IMG/VR virus record: IMGVR_UViG_3300037242_000028
Source of the DNA: an uncultured virus (IMG/VR IMGVR_UViG_3300037242_000028)
Taxonomy: Duplodnaviria > Heunggongvirae > Uroviricota > Caudoviricetes
Strand: one strand, 5' to 3'
DNA length: 64,000 nucleotides
The translations under genes were made by a program, and so were the position numbers. Numbering within the stretch: the stretch's first letter is position 1; the number at the start of each line of letters is the position of its first letter. Positions 1 through 10,225 of this stretch are shown here, in pieces. Under the pieces are notes generated by a model. The model ran no database searches. It was not told the DNA's origin and was given only the letters and a program-made list of their open reading frames with translations.

Positions 1-738
1 TGGATACCGTTTGAGGGTCAAAGCCGACAGATCAAAGACGGCGCTGTGACCTATCTCGGCAAGCGTTTCTACCTTTGGGGCCTCAAGAGGCGGCCTATTC
101 CCGCTACGGTCAAAGGCGGCGCGTTCGTTGAGGATGCCTTGGGGCGATGGTATGTGTGCCTCACGGTCGAGGTTGAGCGCAAACCAGCGACCAACGACAA
201 AGCCATCGGTATTGACTTGGGGCTGAAAAGCCTCGCCACGCTCAGCGATGGCCGCAAAATCGAAGCACCGCAGATATACCGCCGCTATGAGCAACAGCTT
301 GCCACGCTACAGCGCGCAGGAAAGCGGCGCCACGCGAAGCGGCTGCACGCGAAGATCAAAGCGTGCAGGGCTGATTTTCTACATAAGATTTCGACGGAGC
401 TTGCTGGTCAGAACGCGATCATCGCAGTGGGCAATGTCAATGCACGCGCCTTGGCGTCCAAATCAGTCCTTGATGCCGGGTGGTCCTCATTCCGAAAGAT
501 GCTCGCCTACAAGGCGAAGGACTATCGGGAAGTGGATGAAAGGTTCACAACCCAAGACTGTTCGGCGTGCGGTGCACGCTGTGGCCCAAAAGGTCAAAAA
601 GGTCTTGGAATAAGGCAATGGCAATGTTCATCCTGTGGCATCAGCCATGACCGCGACGTGAACGCGGCTTTGAACATTTTAGCTATCGCCCGGCGCAGTG
701 CTGCGCCGCCTGCTGAGGAATACCGGAGGGCCGCATGA
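1..738 (+). CDS. tnpB: IS200/IS605-family TnpB-like RuvC nuclease, 5' part outside the window
   Basis: Frame is open from base 1 (WIPFEGQ...). Motifs: GRWYVCL, RuvC-I GIDLGLK, CSAC...CSSC zinc finger, RuvC-III HDRDVNAA. Confidence 0.9.
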   Translation, partial: WIPFEGQSRQIKDGAVTYLGKRFYLWGLKRRPIPATVKGGAFVEDALGRWYVCLTVEVERKPATNDKAIGIDLGLKSLATLSDGRKIEAPQIYRRYEQQLATLQRAGKRRHAKRLHAKIKACRADFLHKISTELAGQNAIIAVGNVNARALASKSVLDAGWSSFRKMLAYKAKDYREVDERFTTQDCSACGARCGPKGQKGLGIRQWQCSSCGISHDRDVNAALNILAIARRSAAPPAEEYRRAA

Positions 739-1177
739 CCCAAGATAAAAGGGGTTGTGGGTGTCAACCGGATAAGCACGGATGGAACCAAGTCATCATG
801 CGCCGCAAGATCACAAAATGAACCCTTCATGACATCGACGCTGATCCCACTCGGTCCCGGTGCCGTGGACGAGCAGCCGAGCGCGCCAGTTGCGCCGGTC
901 GTCAAAGCACTATCCGTGCCGCTCGACGTAGCAAAAGCTATCCAGCGCGACGCTGAGCATCATACAAATCGAAGCGATCCGTTTCACGCGCGCAGACTCG
1001 CGGCTCACTATCGTCAAGGCATTTGGGTTCCAGCGGATGCAGCAAAATGAAGAAATTTGACGTGGCTGATCTTGTCCTCATCGACAACTACATCAACGAC
1101 CTGATCGCGGCCGGGATAAACGTACCGTTGGCGGTGCGAGCAGCCGTGAACAGATTGGAAGTGAAAGTACGGACAAA

Positions 1178-1423
1178 ATGATTAACGAAGCACAACGCAC
1201 TCTCGTTCGCAACATCAACCGCGATATTGAGAGGCTAAAAGCTTTTGGGCCGCTCCCGGAGATAATTGCGCAGGCTCTCGGGCCCTACGAGAAGGCTGTA
1301 AACGCGCATTTGCTCGACGATGGCAACACACATGCAGTGACGATGCGGCTCGCCGATGCAAGTTTAGCTGTCGCGGAAGCTTGCACAGTCGCTTTCAGCG
1401 ACATCATGGTGGTAAGCCGGTGA
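1178..1423 (+). CDS. hypothetical phage protein
   Basis: ATG start, tightly packed with overlapping neighbours. Confidence 0.6.
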   Translation: MINEAQRTLVRNINRDIERLKAFGPLPEIIAQALGPYEKAVNAHLLDDGNTHAVTMRLADASLAVAEACTVAFSDIMVVSR

Positions 1424-1680
1424 CACACAATCGTAGGCAGCGCCTAACCTATGTCGAATTCCTAGACCATGGCACTACAAGCGCATGGCGGGACGAAACC
1501 GGCATTGATTTGGAGGGCGAGACTTGTCTAGTTCGCTCGATAGGATGGGTTGTCAAGGAAAACAAGACGATCCTTTGTCTTGGGAGCTTTCAATCACTCG
1601 ATGACGACACGTCACACGCCCGCCAATACATCATCAAAGGCTGTATCCTCAAACGCCGAACCATCAAGGTGCCGAAGTAA
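1420..1680 (+). CDS. hypothetical phage protein
   Basis: GTG start overlaps the upstream stop. VEFLD...SIGWVV...IIKGCI pattern typical of small phage proteins. Confidence 0.6.
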   Translation: MTHNRRQRLTYVEFLDHGTTSAWRDETGIDLEGETCLVRSIGWVVKENKTILCLGSFQSLDDDTSHARQYIIKGCILKRRTIKVPK

Positions 1681-2165
1681 TGAGCGCGCTGGCTGAAAGA
1701 CGACTTCCGGCGCATCGCGCGTCCACGACTATCGCCACATGGAGGGATGATAGTCGTCGTCAACTCTCAGTCGGCTTGTCACAACGTCGCTGGCTTCAAT
1801 TGGATGAACGCGCCAAACGGTTTGGAGTCGCACGCGGCACAATGGCGAACCAGATAATTTGCGCATGGCTGGATGACGAACGCAGATGAAGCTCACACTC
1901 GCGCTTTGCATTTTGGGACTCGGAATTATAATCGCTGCGGCGGTCCTTCCATCCGCATTCCAACAGAGAGCACACAGATGACCACGGAACGAGATTACAA
2001 AACTGAGTCCGCCGCCGCGCTATCAGAAGCGAACGCGCATCCAGAAGTCGCGGCTGCGGTCATACAGTCGAAAGCGATTGACCGCTTCACACACGAATTC
2101 GTTGCGGCGATTGATCGGCTGACAGCCGCGCTCACGAAACGCAATGCTGATGGGAGTGAACGCAA

Positions 2166-2435
2166 ATGATAGCACGGCCGGAAGTGCTCGCGCTCGCACA
2201 GAAGATCGCGGAAGAAATCGCGAAACAGAAGTGCGGGGGCATCGTTGACCTTGGCGATTGTGAGTCAGTCGTGTTCGTGGGCGCGTCGCCGATCCTCAAT
2301 CTCGTCGAGATTGCGGAAGCGATACAAGTTGACATCGACGCGCTCATACGCGAGCAAGCGCGGCTCAACGCCGAATTAATCGAAGCACTCAACCGCGAAA
2401 TCGAACTGCACACGAACATGATCGAGCGGTCATGA
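2166..2435 (+). CDS. hypothetical phage protein
   Basis: ATGA overlap with the upstream ORF. Confidence 0.55.
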   Translation: MIARPEVLALAQKIAEEIAKQKCGGIVDLGDCESVVFVGASPILNLVEIAEAIQVDIDALIREQARLNAELIEALNREIELHTNMIERS

Positions 2436-2571
2436 CCACAAAAGCTGAATGCCTCGAAGCACTCGACGAAATCGAAAAGGGCATCGGTCACGTCATCGAC
2501 GCATTGACCTTGGCTGACAAAGAGTCATTGCCATTGCGGCAGGCACGCATACACTACGCCGAGGGCGGGCT

Positions 2572-3189
2572 GTGGCTGAGATATTGGATGGAGCAAATAC
2601 CATGATTGAGGCGTTGCGCGCCAGCATCAAGACGTTGTTGGAACATCCGAACGAATTGCGCTGGACGGTGCAGGGCTTTGGCATGCTGCGATGCTATCTC
2701 GATCCTGACAAAACATATCGTCTCAACATTTGGGACTCGGAATTCGCCGCGCCTGACGTGAGCACCATACACAATCATCCATGGAATTTCAGGTCGTGGA
2801 TCATCAAGGGCGTGTTCCGCAACGTGCGTTATATTGAGACGACTGCCGCACTGGCGACCGACAAGTTTGTATGTTACAACGAGATGGTCATCAAGACTGG
2901 CGAAGTCGGCGGTCCTGTTGGTTTAGCCCCCGAGGAAACGTGGCTGCACACGCAGCCGGTTGAAATCTATAAGACTGGCGACTCGTACTGGCAAGACTCG
3001 AAAGAGATACACAAAAGCATGTACGACGATGGCACAGTCACGTTGAACGAGCGCAAGCGTGTTGGTGACGGCGAACATGCGCGCGTGTTCTGGCCGCACG
3101 GTACAGAGTGGGGCGATGCGGCCCCGCGCGCGGCAACACATTGGGAAGTCATAGCCATCACACGTCGAGCACTGAGGAATTGGCGATGA
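2572..3189 (+). CDS. cupin-like (double-stranded beta-helix) metalloprotein
   Basis: RLNIW...IHNHPWNFRSWII...G and EIH motifs. Confidence 0.65.
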   Translation: MAEILDGANTMIEALRASIKTLLEHPNELRWTVQGFGMLRCYLDPDKTYRLNIWDSEFAAPDVSTIHNHPWNFRSWIIKGVFRNVRYIETTAALATDKFVCYNEMVIKTGEVGGPVGLAPEETWLHTQPVEIYKTGDSYWQDSKEIHKSMYDDGTVTLNERKRVGDGEHARVFWPHGTEWGDAAPRAATHWEVIAITRRALRNWR

Positions 3190-3758
3190 TTGATTTGATC
3201 TTCACGGTTTGGGGGTCCGATCCGTGTTGAACCGTCAAAAACTCGCCCCGCTTATTAGGATGTTGGGTAGTCCCAACGACTCGGAAGTGATCGCGACCGC
3301 GCGGGCGATACAACGTATCCTGAAATCAACCGGAGCCGACATCAAAGACCCGACCGACGAGCAAGTTCTCCGCATCTATGCACGGGAGAACAACACACAG
3401 CGCGGCGAGGACAACTCGGCGCAGGCTGGCCCGATTGCGTCGGCGATCCGGGTGGCGGCTCGCGCTATGCGGCGAGCGACACATACCGGCAATCTCAGCG
3501 CGGGGACACAAATAAGCAAGGGAGTAGGTGCGCCTACAATCGCAAAACTTTTGGGGTACAGTAGAGATGAAGTAGTTGTTGTGATCCAACTCGCAAACCT
3601 CAAAGCATCCGGCGATTATACTCGAATTCTTGAGGAAGTCGCCGCCGAAATGGGGGATAGTGCCCCCGAAGATTTGAAGAAAGAGGTTGCCCGTGCTAAG
3701 GTACGCAACCCTCGCGTATTCGATGCGCAAGGTGTGCAGAAAATCCGAGAGGTACTAG

Positions 3759-3950
3759 ATGTTGACCGCGTGGATCAGGAAAAAGTTGGGCCTCTGTGCT
3801 CACGACTGGAAATTCGACGGGAGAATGATGTCGGCGGGAGGTTACAACCGATATTACGACACCCCGGAGCCTGCAATTCAGTTAGGCGAGCGCGCGAAGT
3901 GCCGATTGTGTGGAGCGGCGGAACAGCGATGGTTTCCAGACGGGCATTGA
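3759..3950 (+). CDS. small Cys/His phage protein
   Basis: GAGGT RBS. GLCAHDW...CRLC pattern. Confidence 0.6.
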   Translation: MLTAWIRKKLGLCAHDWKFDGRMMSAGGYNRYYDTPEPAIQLGERAKCRLCGAAEQRWFPDGH

Positions 3951-4426
3951 CGGATAAGCACATGACATACGAAATAATCGAGGACCGACTCGCCAGCATG
4001 ATCGAGCGCGGCGAAATCGACGACATCGTGGACGACGCCGACAGGCAAGTCATCATCGCGTCACTGCGCGCAGCCGCTAAGACGAAGGTGGGCTCAATTC
4101 TTTTCCGCGACCATGTCGAGATTGGAAAGTGTACGCACGCGATTTGCGTGTGCGCAGCGCACTTTCACGATCCAGAAGGTTGCGTGAATTTTATCCCCAA
4201 GAAATCCGAGCCGAAGAACAGTGAGCACTTACAGCTACTAAGCGACCGGCTTGTCGCCGTCTGTGATGAATGGCTCGACAAGTACGCACGGGGAATTCGG
4301 TTCATCGACCGTGCCGAGTTGATGGCGAAGGTCGCACAAGAAGTTGGTCCTGCCGAGTTATCGGGTCGTTAACCCTCGTTCGAGATGATGCTGGACGTGG
4401 GATTTTTGTAGGGGTACAAAGCGCAA

Positions 4427-4672
4427 ATGAAAACGTCCTCGACCTTTGTCATTCTCGATCTGAAAGACGGCCGCAAGGCCGTCAGCAAAATTGTCGATGA
4501 CCACAAGTTCAAAATCCCCGTCACTATCGAAGGATACGTCACGGGTCAGTGGTCGCGCGACGACGGCGTCAGTATCGAATTTCAGGTCGAGGTTACCTCC
4601 CACAAGTTAGGCAAACCAATCCCCCACTACTGCGGGTGCATTGGTTGCCGCAAACCCAAGGGGAAAAAATGA
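4427..4672 (+). CDS. hypothetical phage protein
   Basis: ATG start. Stop overlaps the next start (ATGA). Confidence 0.55.
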   Translation: MKTSSTFVILDLKDGRKAVSKIVDDHKFKIPVTIEGYVTGQWSRDDGVSIEFQVEVTSHKLGKPIPHYCGCIGCRKPKGKK

Positions 4673-5667
4673 GTATCACGTCTCGTACTGCTTCTTGGAC
4701 GCGCGAGGAATTTCTTGCGCATCCCCCGATCCCATTCAATCGGGACTTCAAACGTCATTCGGCGCAACTCTTTCGCGCCGGGGTGGACCGCGACAACCCG
4801 GTCTACAAGGTCGGCTTCATGACCGTCGAGTATGGCGGCGTGACATACGGGCTCAACGGCAACTCGCGTGGCGAGCTTGACCGACAGGGCCTTGTGAAGC
4901 TCCCTAACCGCGTCCATGGTGAGGCGTTTACGTGCGCCAACACGGACGAGGCGTATGGGCTTTACCTGAAAATTGATCCGCCGATCATCGCCAAGCAAGC
5001 GGTTGACCGGATGGTCAGCGCCCTAAACTTTCGGGGGATCAAGCCGAAGTCGGCGATGTTCCTGAAAGGCAAAGGCACAAGCGGCGTAGCTATCGCGTGG
5101 AACGCGCTACAGGGCGTCTCCTCGAACGCTGCACCGAAGGATACGGCGAAGATGGTCGATGACCTTCTCCCCGAGATTGTCGCGGTGGACGATATTCTCG
5201 ACTACTGTGATGTTACCAGCGACCGCATCGCTACCAACTCGTCGCTGATCGCCGCGATGATCCTCACCTACGCCAAAACGCTGCATGGTATCCCCAAGCC
5301 GCGCGAACGCGAAATCGCTGCGAACGATTGGGCGGAATTCTGGACTGCCGTCCACGAAAGCAAAGGCAGGTTGCGCGGCACAGGCACTAGCCCGTTCAAC
5401 GTGCTTTGGGAGATAATCAAGGACGACTCCGCCGGGTCCGGTGGCAAGCGCGACGTGTTGTTCAAGATGGTCGAGAAGGCTCTCGACTGTTTCGAGCGTC
5501 GCGAAGCGGATCGCGTCCTTACCGTCAAGAAGCGCCCACTCGCCTCGTATCATGCGGTGAATTCGCCGCCTGATTTTACGGACGAGGAAGTCGTAGAGGT
5601 TGACGGCAAGCCGAAAACGGCCAAGGCTTCGGCTTCGGCCGCTGTGGATGAATACGAATTCGAGTAA
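4669..5667 (+). CDS. hypothetical protein with a possible ParB-like N-terminal domain
   Basis: NR motif and LNGNSR resemble the ParB/DndB DGQHR motif. Acidic C-terminus. Confidence 0.45.
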   Translation: MSITSRTASWTREEFLAHPPIPFNRDFKRHSAQLFRAGVDRDNPVYKVGFMTVEYGGVTYGLNGNSRGELDRQGLVKLPNRVHGEAFTCANTDEAYGLYLKIDPPIIAKQAVDRMVSALNFRGIKPKSAMFLKGKGTSGVAIAWNALQGVSSNAAPKDTAKMVDDLLPEIVAVDDILDYCDVTSDRIATNSSLIAAMILTYAKTLHGIPKPREREIAANDWAEFWTAVHESKGRLRGTGTSPFNVLWEIIKDDSAGSGGKRDVLFKMVEKALDCFERREADRVLTVKKRPLASYHAVNSPPDFTDEEVVEVDGKPKTAKASASAAVDEYEFE

Positions 5668-8163
5668 TCAATCCTCGAAGTCGGCCTTCGCGGAAGTATC
5701 AGCCTCGCTGCGGTCCTCCTTGAGACCCTTCTCGTATTCCGCAGCGAGGCTTTTGTTATTGACGATCAAGTCATATTTCCCATGCAGGACCCACAGATAA
5801 GCCTTGCGCTTGCCGAGCCAAACTTGCGTCGGATGCTTTTTGCCGTTGAGATTGTCCTTGAGAAAATTTGGCACGGTCGTGGTCATGAGTCTCTTGGTGC
5901 GTTGCAAATTCGCGGGCATCGCGCTGATGACATCCGAAATCTGTACGACGTTGCGCGCCAGCGGCATGTTGCCAGCGTTCTCAGTGAGCCACGTCTCGGC
6001 GTCGTCGCGCGACTGCTCGATCATTTGCGCTCGGGCTTCCGTCTCGGGCGCGGCTGCGAGGGCGCTGTAGCCCGTAAGATCGCGGGCCAGAAGCTCGGCA
6101 TAGATCGCGGCGAGTCCGACTTTGTCAATGCCGCGCGCCAGATTGAACAGTGGTTCGTAATAATCGCGTTCGCGGCGCTCGGCGAACGTCTGCACGACCA
6201 GCCACCGACGATCATACCTATCGAGCGGCAACGCGTCGGGGTGATTGCTGACACCCATGACACAGACGAAGTTCTCAATGGTGAAAGCGGGAATTCCCTT
6301 GATGTTAACCTCACACCTAGCCTCAGTTATCAGATCGCGCATGGCGTTGAGGTTCTCGCGGCGGCCGACCTGATAGACTTCCTCGATGATGCACAGACGG
6401 CAGTCCTTGAGCCACGAATTGAAATCGCCGCCCATCGAACTGTTCTTCGGCCGCTGCGTGTTCTTCAAGCCAATCAATTGCTCGAAGATGGTGGCGATGA
6501 TGCTCTTGCCCGTCCCGGTATTCTTGCCGACGAGGAGGAGCGCGTGATTGGGCTTTCGATTTTGATTTTGCAACACCCACGCCATCCAGTTGAGCACATG
6601 ATTGGCGTCATCCTCATTCTGGAACAGATAATTGATGTGCTCGTTCCACACAGTCGTGTCGCCAGCGGCGGGCACAATACCGGATGGACGCCACACGTTA
6701 TACTCGACGTTTCTGACTTCTTCCGCGCCGGGGCGGAATGCGAGGTAATGGAATTTGCGCATGAGTTGTCCTTCCTTGAACAGTTCTTTCGCTATGCTGC
6801 CGGTGGGCTTGCCCAAGAAGGCGTTGAACGCCGAGTCGAACTGCGTGGTTTTCCATTGCTGTGTCGGCTCTCGGCGATTGACGAACCGCTCCATACCGAT
6901 GACCCACACCCATCGCTTACAGACTTCCTCGATGCTGTTGGGCTTGGCCTTCCAATCAATTTTGTCGAGCGGCGGGAGCTTCAAGGTCTGAGCCGGTTCG
7001 ACGGATTTTATTTCTTCCGAGCCTACATCCTCCGGCTCGGCGTCCGCGAACATTGGATCGCTCTCGGTATCGTCAACGGCGACCGTGTCCTGCGCGGCGA
7101 TTTCCGCCCGTGTGTTCTTCGACGCCGCGACGACCGCGCTATCAAGATTGGATTTGACCGGCAGACCCGGGTTGGCGATATAGACGGCGACCATCCTGAC
7201 AATGTCGTCCTCGTCGATCTTTGCGTCATCGCCGCCGAATTCGGCTACGGGCGACAGCGCGCCGGGCTGAGTGTCCTTGAGGTAGCTCCAAGTGTTCGCG
7301 ACCTTCATGTCGAGTCGGTCAGCGACGGGCCCTCCCCCCATCGCCCACTGCGGCTCGCACTTGCCCGGGACGTTGTAATACTCGTTGATAAGCTCGACCG
7401 ATGTCTCTTGACTGAGGCCCATGTCTTTAAGGACGGCGGCCGTCATGAGCATCGTGAATTCGCCGTTCTGGCCTTGGATCGAAGGCTTGGCATCATTTTG
7501 CAGGTAGAAGATGGCGCGCGAGACGATGTCGCCGGTGTCTTGTTCGACGGCCGGGGCTTGGTTGTCGGCGGCGGGAGCCGTGGACTTCTCGCCGAGATAT
7601 TCCTTGAACCACGCGGGCGCTGGCGCGACCGGCGCGTCATTGACAATGGTGTAGACGCCAGCGAATTGATCCTTGTCCTTGTCCTCGCAGAGAACGCAGC
7701 CCGGGATCAACGTGTAGTTGGGCGAGTCGATGTCCTTGCCGAACGCGTTGAGACGCATTTGGTGCGTGACGCCGTTCGCTTCATCGAAATAGATATGAAG
7801 GCCGCCGCTCGGCGACTGCACGATGAGAGTGTCAGGCAAAACGCCGTGCTCAAGTTCGAGCGCGTCGAGGGACTCAGCGCCGACCTTGCCCGGCTTGCGG
7901 TCAACGTCAACGGGGATGAGTTTGGATTTTTTGAGCGCGACGCCCCAATTACATCCAAAGTTTTGTGCGCGCCAACGTCTGATCTGAGTGGGATCGTTCG
8001 ACGCGAGTTTCAGTTCGTCTTTGAAACAGGGCGGCGCTTTGTAGAGCGGGCGGATCGGAAAGAGATACCAGTTGGGATGGGCTTTCAAACATTCGAGTGC
8101 GACGTTGAGCGTGTCGATTGCTTGCGGCATGATGGGCCTCGCGGTGCGGTGGAGCGTCGTCAT
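5668..8163 (-). CDS. bifunctional primase-polymerase fused to SF3/DUF5906 helicase
   Basis: N-terminal VDVD and SPSGGLHIYF prim-pol motifs. C-terminal GKNTGTGKS Walker A, IIEEV Walker B, SN and DRR. Confidence 0.9.
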   Translation of the reverse strand: MTTLHRTARPIMPQAIDTLNVALECLKAHPNWYLFPIRPLYKAPPCFKDELKLASNDPTQIRRWRAQNFGCNWGVALKKSKLIPVDVDRKPGKVGAESLDALELEHGVLPDTLIVQSPSGGLHIYFDEANGVTHQMRLNAFGKDIDSPNYTLIPGCVLCEDKDKDQFAGVYTIVNDAPVAPAPAWFKEYLGEKSTAPAADNQAPAVEQDTGDIVSRAIFYLQNDAKPSIQGQNGEFTMLMTAAVLKDMGLSQETSVELINEYYNVPGKCEPQWAMGGGPVADRLDMKVANTWSYLKDTQPGALSPVAEFGGDDAKIDEDDIVRMVAVYIANPGLPVKSNLDSAVVAASKNTRAEIAAQDTVAVDDTESDPMFADAEPEDVGSEEIKSVEPAQTLKLPPLDKIDWKAKPNSIEEVCKRWVWVIGMERFVNRREPTQQWKTTQFDSAFNAFLGKPTGSIAKELFKEGQLMRKFHYLAFRPGAEEVRNVEYNVWRPSGIVPAAGDTTVWNEHINYLFQNEDDANHVLNWMAWVLQNQNRKPNHALLLVGKNTGTGKSIIATIFEQLIGLKNTQRPKNSSMGGDFNSWLKDCRLCIIEEVYQVGRRENLNAMRDLITEARCEVNIKGIPAFTIENFVCVMGVSNHPDALPLDRYDRRWLVVQTFAERRERDYYEPLFNLARGIDKVGLAAIYAELLARDLTGYSALAAAPETEARAQMIEQSRDDAETWLTENAGNMPLARNVVQISDVISAMPANLQRTKRLMTTTVPNFLKDNLNGKKHPTQVWLGKRKAYLWVLHGKYDLIVNNKSLAAEYEKGLKEDRSEADTSAKADFED

Positions 8164-8200
8164 TAACAGATGACGTGTTCGAGTGCAACTTATCTTCTAG

Positions 8201-8231
8201 CTTGACACGTCGCGGGAAACCCGCGTAGATG
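8201..8231 (+). promoter_or_regulatory. sigma70-like promoter of the rightward operon
   Basis: TTGACA followed by TAGATG in the divergent intergenic gap. Confidence 0.45.
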
Positions 8232-8705
8232 GCTGTTATAGACGGAGTCCCCCATATGTTGAATGCGAACAGTTTGATTGCTCTCGGTCTCGCCATCGGC
8301 GTTGCGGTCGTCAGCATCCATTCGTGTGAATATGATTTTGCAAAAACGAACGTGTCTGCACCTGTCAAGTGGTCTCAGCCCAACGTGCCGGTGCGCGCCG
8401 TTAAGATCGGCGATCTGAAACCGTGCGACGCGGGGAACGTCGAGAAGATTTCGGTGGTAACCAAAAAGTTCACGGGTCGCCCGATTTCTGCGAAAAAGAA
8501 GTCGGCGTTAAGGAAATCCATTTTCACGAAAATGGAAAGTGCGCACGTCTCCAAGTTTATCGTGTCGCACCATCACAAGTCTAAGGTGCATCACCATCAC
8601 GGTCATCACCACGGTCATCACCACGGCCACGGCCATAGCGGCCCGCAGAAGATTTCGAGTCACGGCGCGCCTCCGCACTTGACAGGGCCGCCGAATTGCG
8701 GTTAA
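8229..8705 (+). CDS. membrane-anchored or exported protein with a His-rich C-terminus
   Basis: Hydrophobic N-terminal segment ending near a Cys. HHHHGHHHGHHHGHGH tract. True start may be the ATG at 8256. Confidence 0.6.
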   Translation: MAVIDGVPHMLNANSLIALGLAIGVAVVSIHSCEYDFAKTNVSAPVKWSQPNVPVRAVKIGDLKPCDAGNVEKISVVTKKFTGRPISAKKKSALRKSIFTKMESAHVSKFIVSHHHKSKVHHHHGHHHGHHHGHGHSGPQKISSHGAPPHLTGPPNCG

Positions 8706-8805
8706 GGAATGCGAGGACGCGGGACGCTGCTCAACGCCGCGTAGTGAATTAACACTCGACAAAGGCCCGTCCAAAATTAACCCGGTTAACAGAGGAAGTC
8801 CCCAA

Positions 8806-9543
8806 ATGAGTGAAGCAGCCCCCCACACCGTTAACTCGCACAAAATTAAGGCTCTTGAGCTTGCCGCTCAACTCGGCGGAACTCATGACGAAGTCGTCGC
8901 CCGCGCGAATGCTTACCATTCATTCTTAACCGATGGCGTTGCGCCGAAAGCCGCCGCCGCCGCCGCGCCGAAAGCCACCGAGGCTAAGCCCGCCGCTGCC
9001 GCCGCCAAGCCCGCCGCTGCCGCCGCCAAGCCCGCCGCTGCCGCCGCCAAGCCCGCCGCTGCCGCGAAGGCGACTCCCGCCGCTGGCACCAAGCCCGCAG
9101 CCGCAGCGAAGCCCGGCGCTGCCACGCCGAAAGCCGCAGCCGCGAAGGCCGCCGACTCCGCGCCCGCTGGCGATACCAAAGACGCGAAGGGCAACAACAC
9201 TTTCGATGACGTGAAGGCCGCCCTCCTGACAGTCATGCACTCGGTCCCGGGCGACAACGACCAGTACGTCAAAGGCAAGAAATATGCTTATGAGGTTCTT
9301 GCGGCCTCGGGCGGCGGCGTTAAGGCCGTTCGCGATCTGAAACCGCCTCTTTACGATGCCGTGGTCGCCGCGTGCGCGGAAGCCGCTAAGAAAGCTGCCG
9401 CCGCGCCGAAGGCGAAAGCCGCCGCGAAGGCCGAAACGGTCGTCGAGGATGATTTGGGTCAAGCTATCGACACATCCGGCGCAAGCGCCGAGACTGCCGG
9501 GGCGGACGATCCGCCCGAAGGCGGCTCCGGCGAGGACGTTTAA
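8806..9543 (+). CDS. Ala/Lys/Pro-rich histone H1-like protein with a helical domain like those found upstream of DUF2800 in APSE-like phages
   Basis: GAGGAAG RBS. KPAAAAA repeats. TFDDVKAAL...VRDLKPPLYDAVVAA segment. Confidence 0.65.
   Translation: MSEAAPHTVNSHKIKALELAAQLGGTHDEVVARANAYHSFLTDGVAPKAAAAAAPKATEAKPAAAAAKPAAAAAKPAAAAAKPAAAAKATPAAGTKPAAAAKPGAATPKAAAAKAADSAPAGDTKDAKGNNTFDDVKAALLTVMHSVPGDNDQYVKGKKYAYEVLAASGGGVKAVRDLKPPLYDAVVAACAEAAKKAAAAPKAKAAAKAETVVEDDLGQAIDTSGASAETAGADDPPEGGSGEDV
8986..9065 (+). repeat. 21-bp tandem repeat AAGCCCGCCGCTGCCGCCGCC, about 3.8 copies
   Basis: Read directly. Encodes KPAAAAA. Confidence 0.9.
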
Positions 9544-9553
9544 CTTTTAGGAG

Positions 9554-10225
9554 TTGACCATGGCCCCGACAAATCAGATCGTTAAGGACTTCTCCCTCGC
9601 GCGCATCAGTATCATTCCCGGTGCGCACGCCCTCGTTCAACGACTCAGACAGGGCACGATCCTACAACTCGCTCGCGATACGCGGGATCAATTCGACCCC
9701 GATCACGCCGTCATGGTCATCCACTCGCCGCCCGGATCGAGACGCAAGATCGGCTATCTGCCGCTCGATCTTGCCAAGACCATCGCGCCACTTTTGGATG
9801 CTGGCGTGAGTGTCATCGCGCGCAAAGCCCCGAACCCTCTCTATGGCGTCTGCCAAGTCGCCTACATCCCTCCCGAGCCCGCCGCCGCCGCCGAACTGAA
9901 AGTTCCGGCCGCGACGCCGGTCGCTATCGAGATGGAGGAAAGCGTTGCGGAAGCCGAGGCCGAAACTATCCCGGTATCGGCCGATGTCCCGATCAAGATC
10001 GTCGAGCCCGCACCGAATAAGACCGAAAAGTTGATCGAGCAATTCGTCGCTGAGCGGCCACTCCCCGAAGGCGTGACGCAACGGGATTTGGATGAAGCCA
10101 CTGAAATGCCGCCGCTCGGCGATAGTCGCCGACTGCGCGGCTCGGCCAAGGAAAAGACCACACCACAACATGAGGACGACTCCAATGACGAACCAATTAC
10201 CGACGAGACCCGTAGCCCGCGATAG
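9554..10225 (+). CDS. HIRAN-domain protein
   Basis: LARD...DQFDPDHAVMV...KIGYLP...IAPLLDAG. AGGAG RBS. Confidence 0.75.
   Translation: MTMAPTNQIVKDFSLARISIIPGAHALVQRLRQGTILQLARDTRDQFDPDHAVMVIHSPPGSRRKIGYLPLDLAKTIAPLLDAGVSVIARKAPNPLYGVCQVAYIPPEPAAAAELKVPAATPVAIEMEESVAEAEAETIPVSADVPIKIVEPAPNKTEKLIEQFVAERPLPEGVTQRDLDEATEMPPLGDSRRLRGSAKEKTTPQHEDDSNDEPITDETRSPR

Noticed and set aside
5782..8166. 794-aa plus-strand ORF
   Set aside because: Antisense shadow of the primase-helicase in a GC-rich genome. No motifs or RBS.
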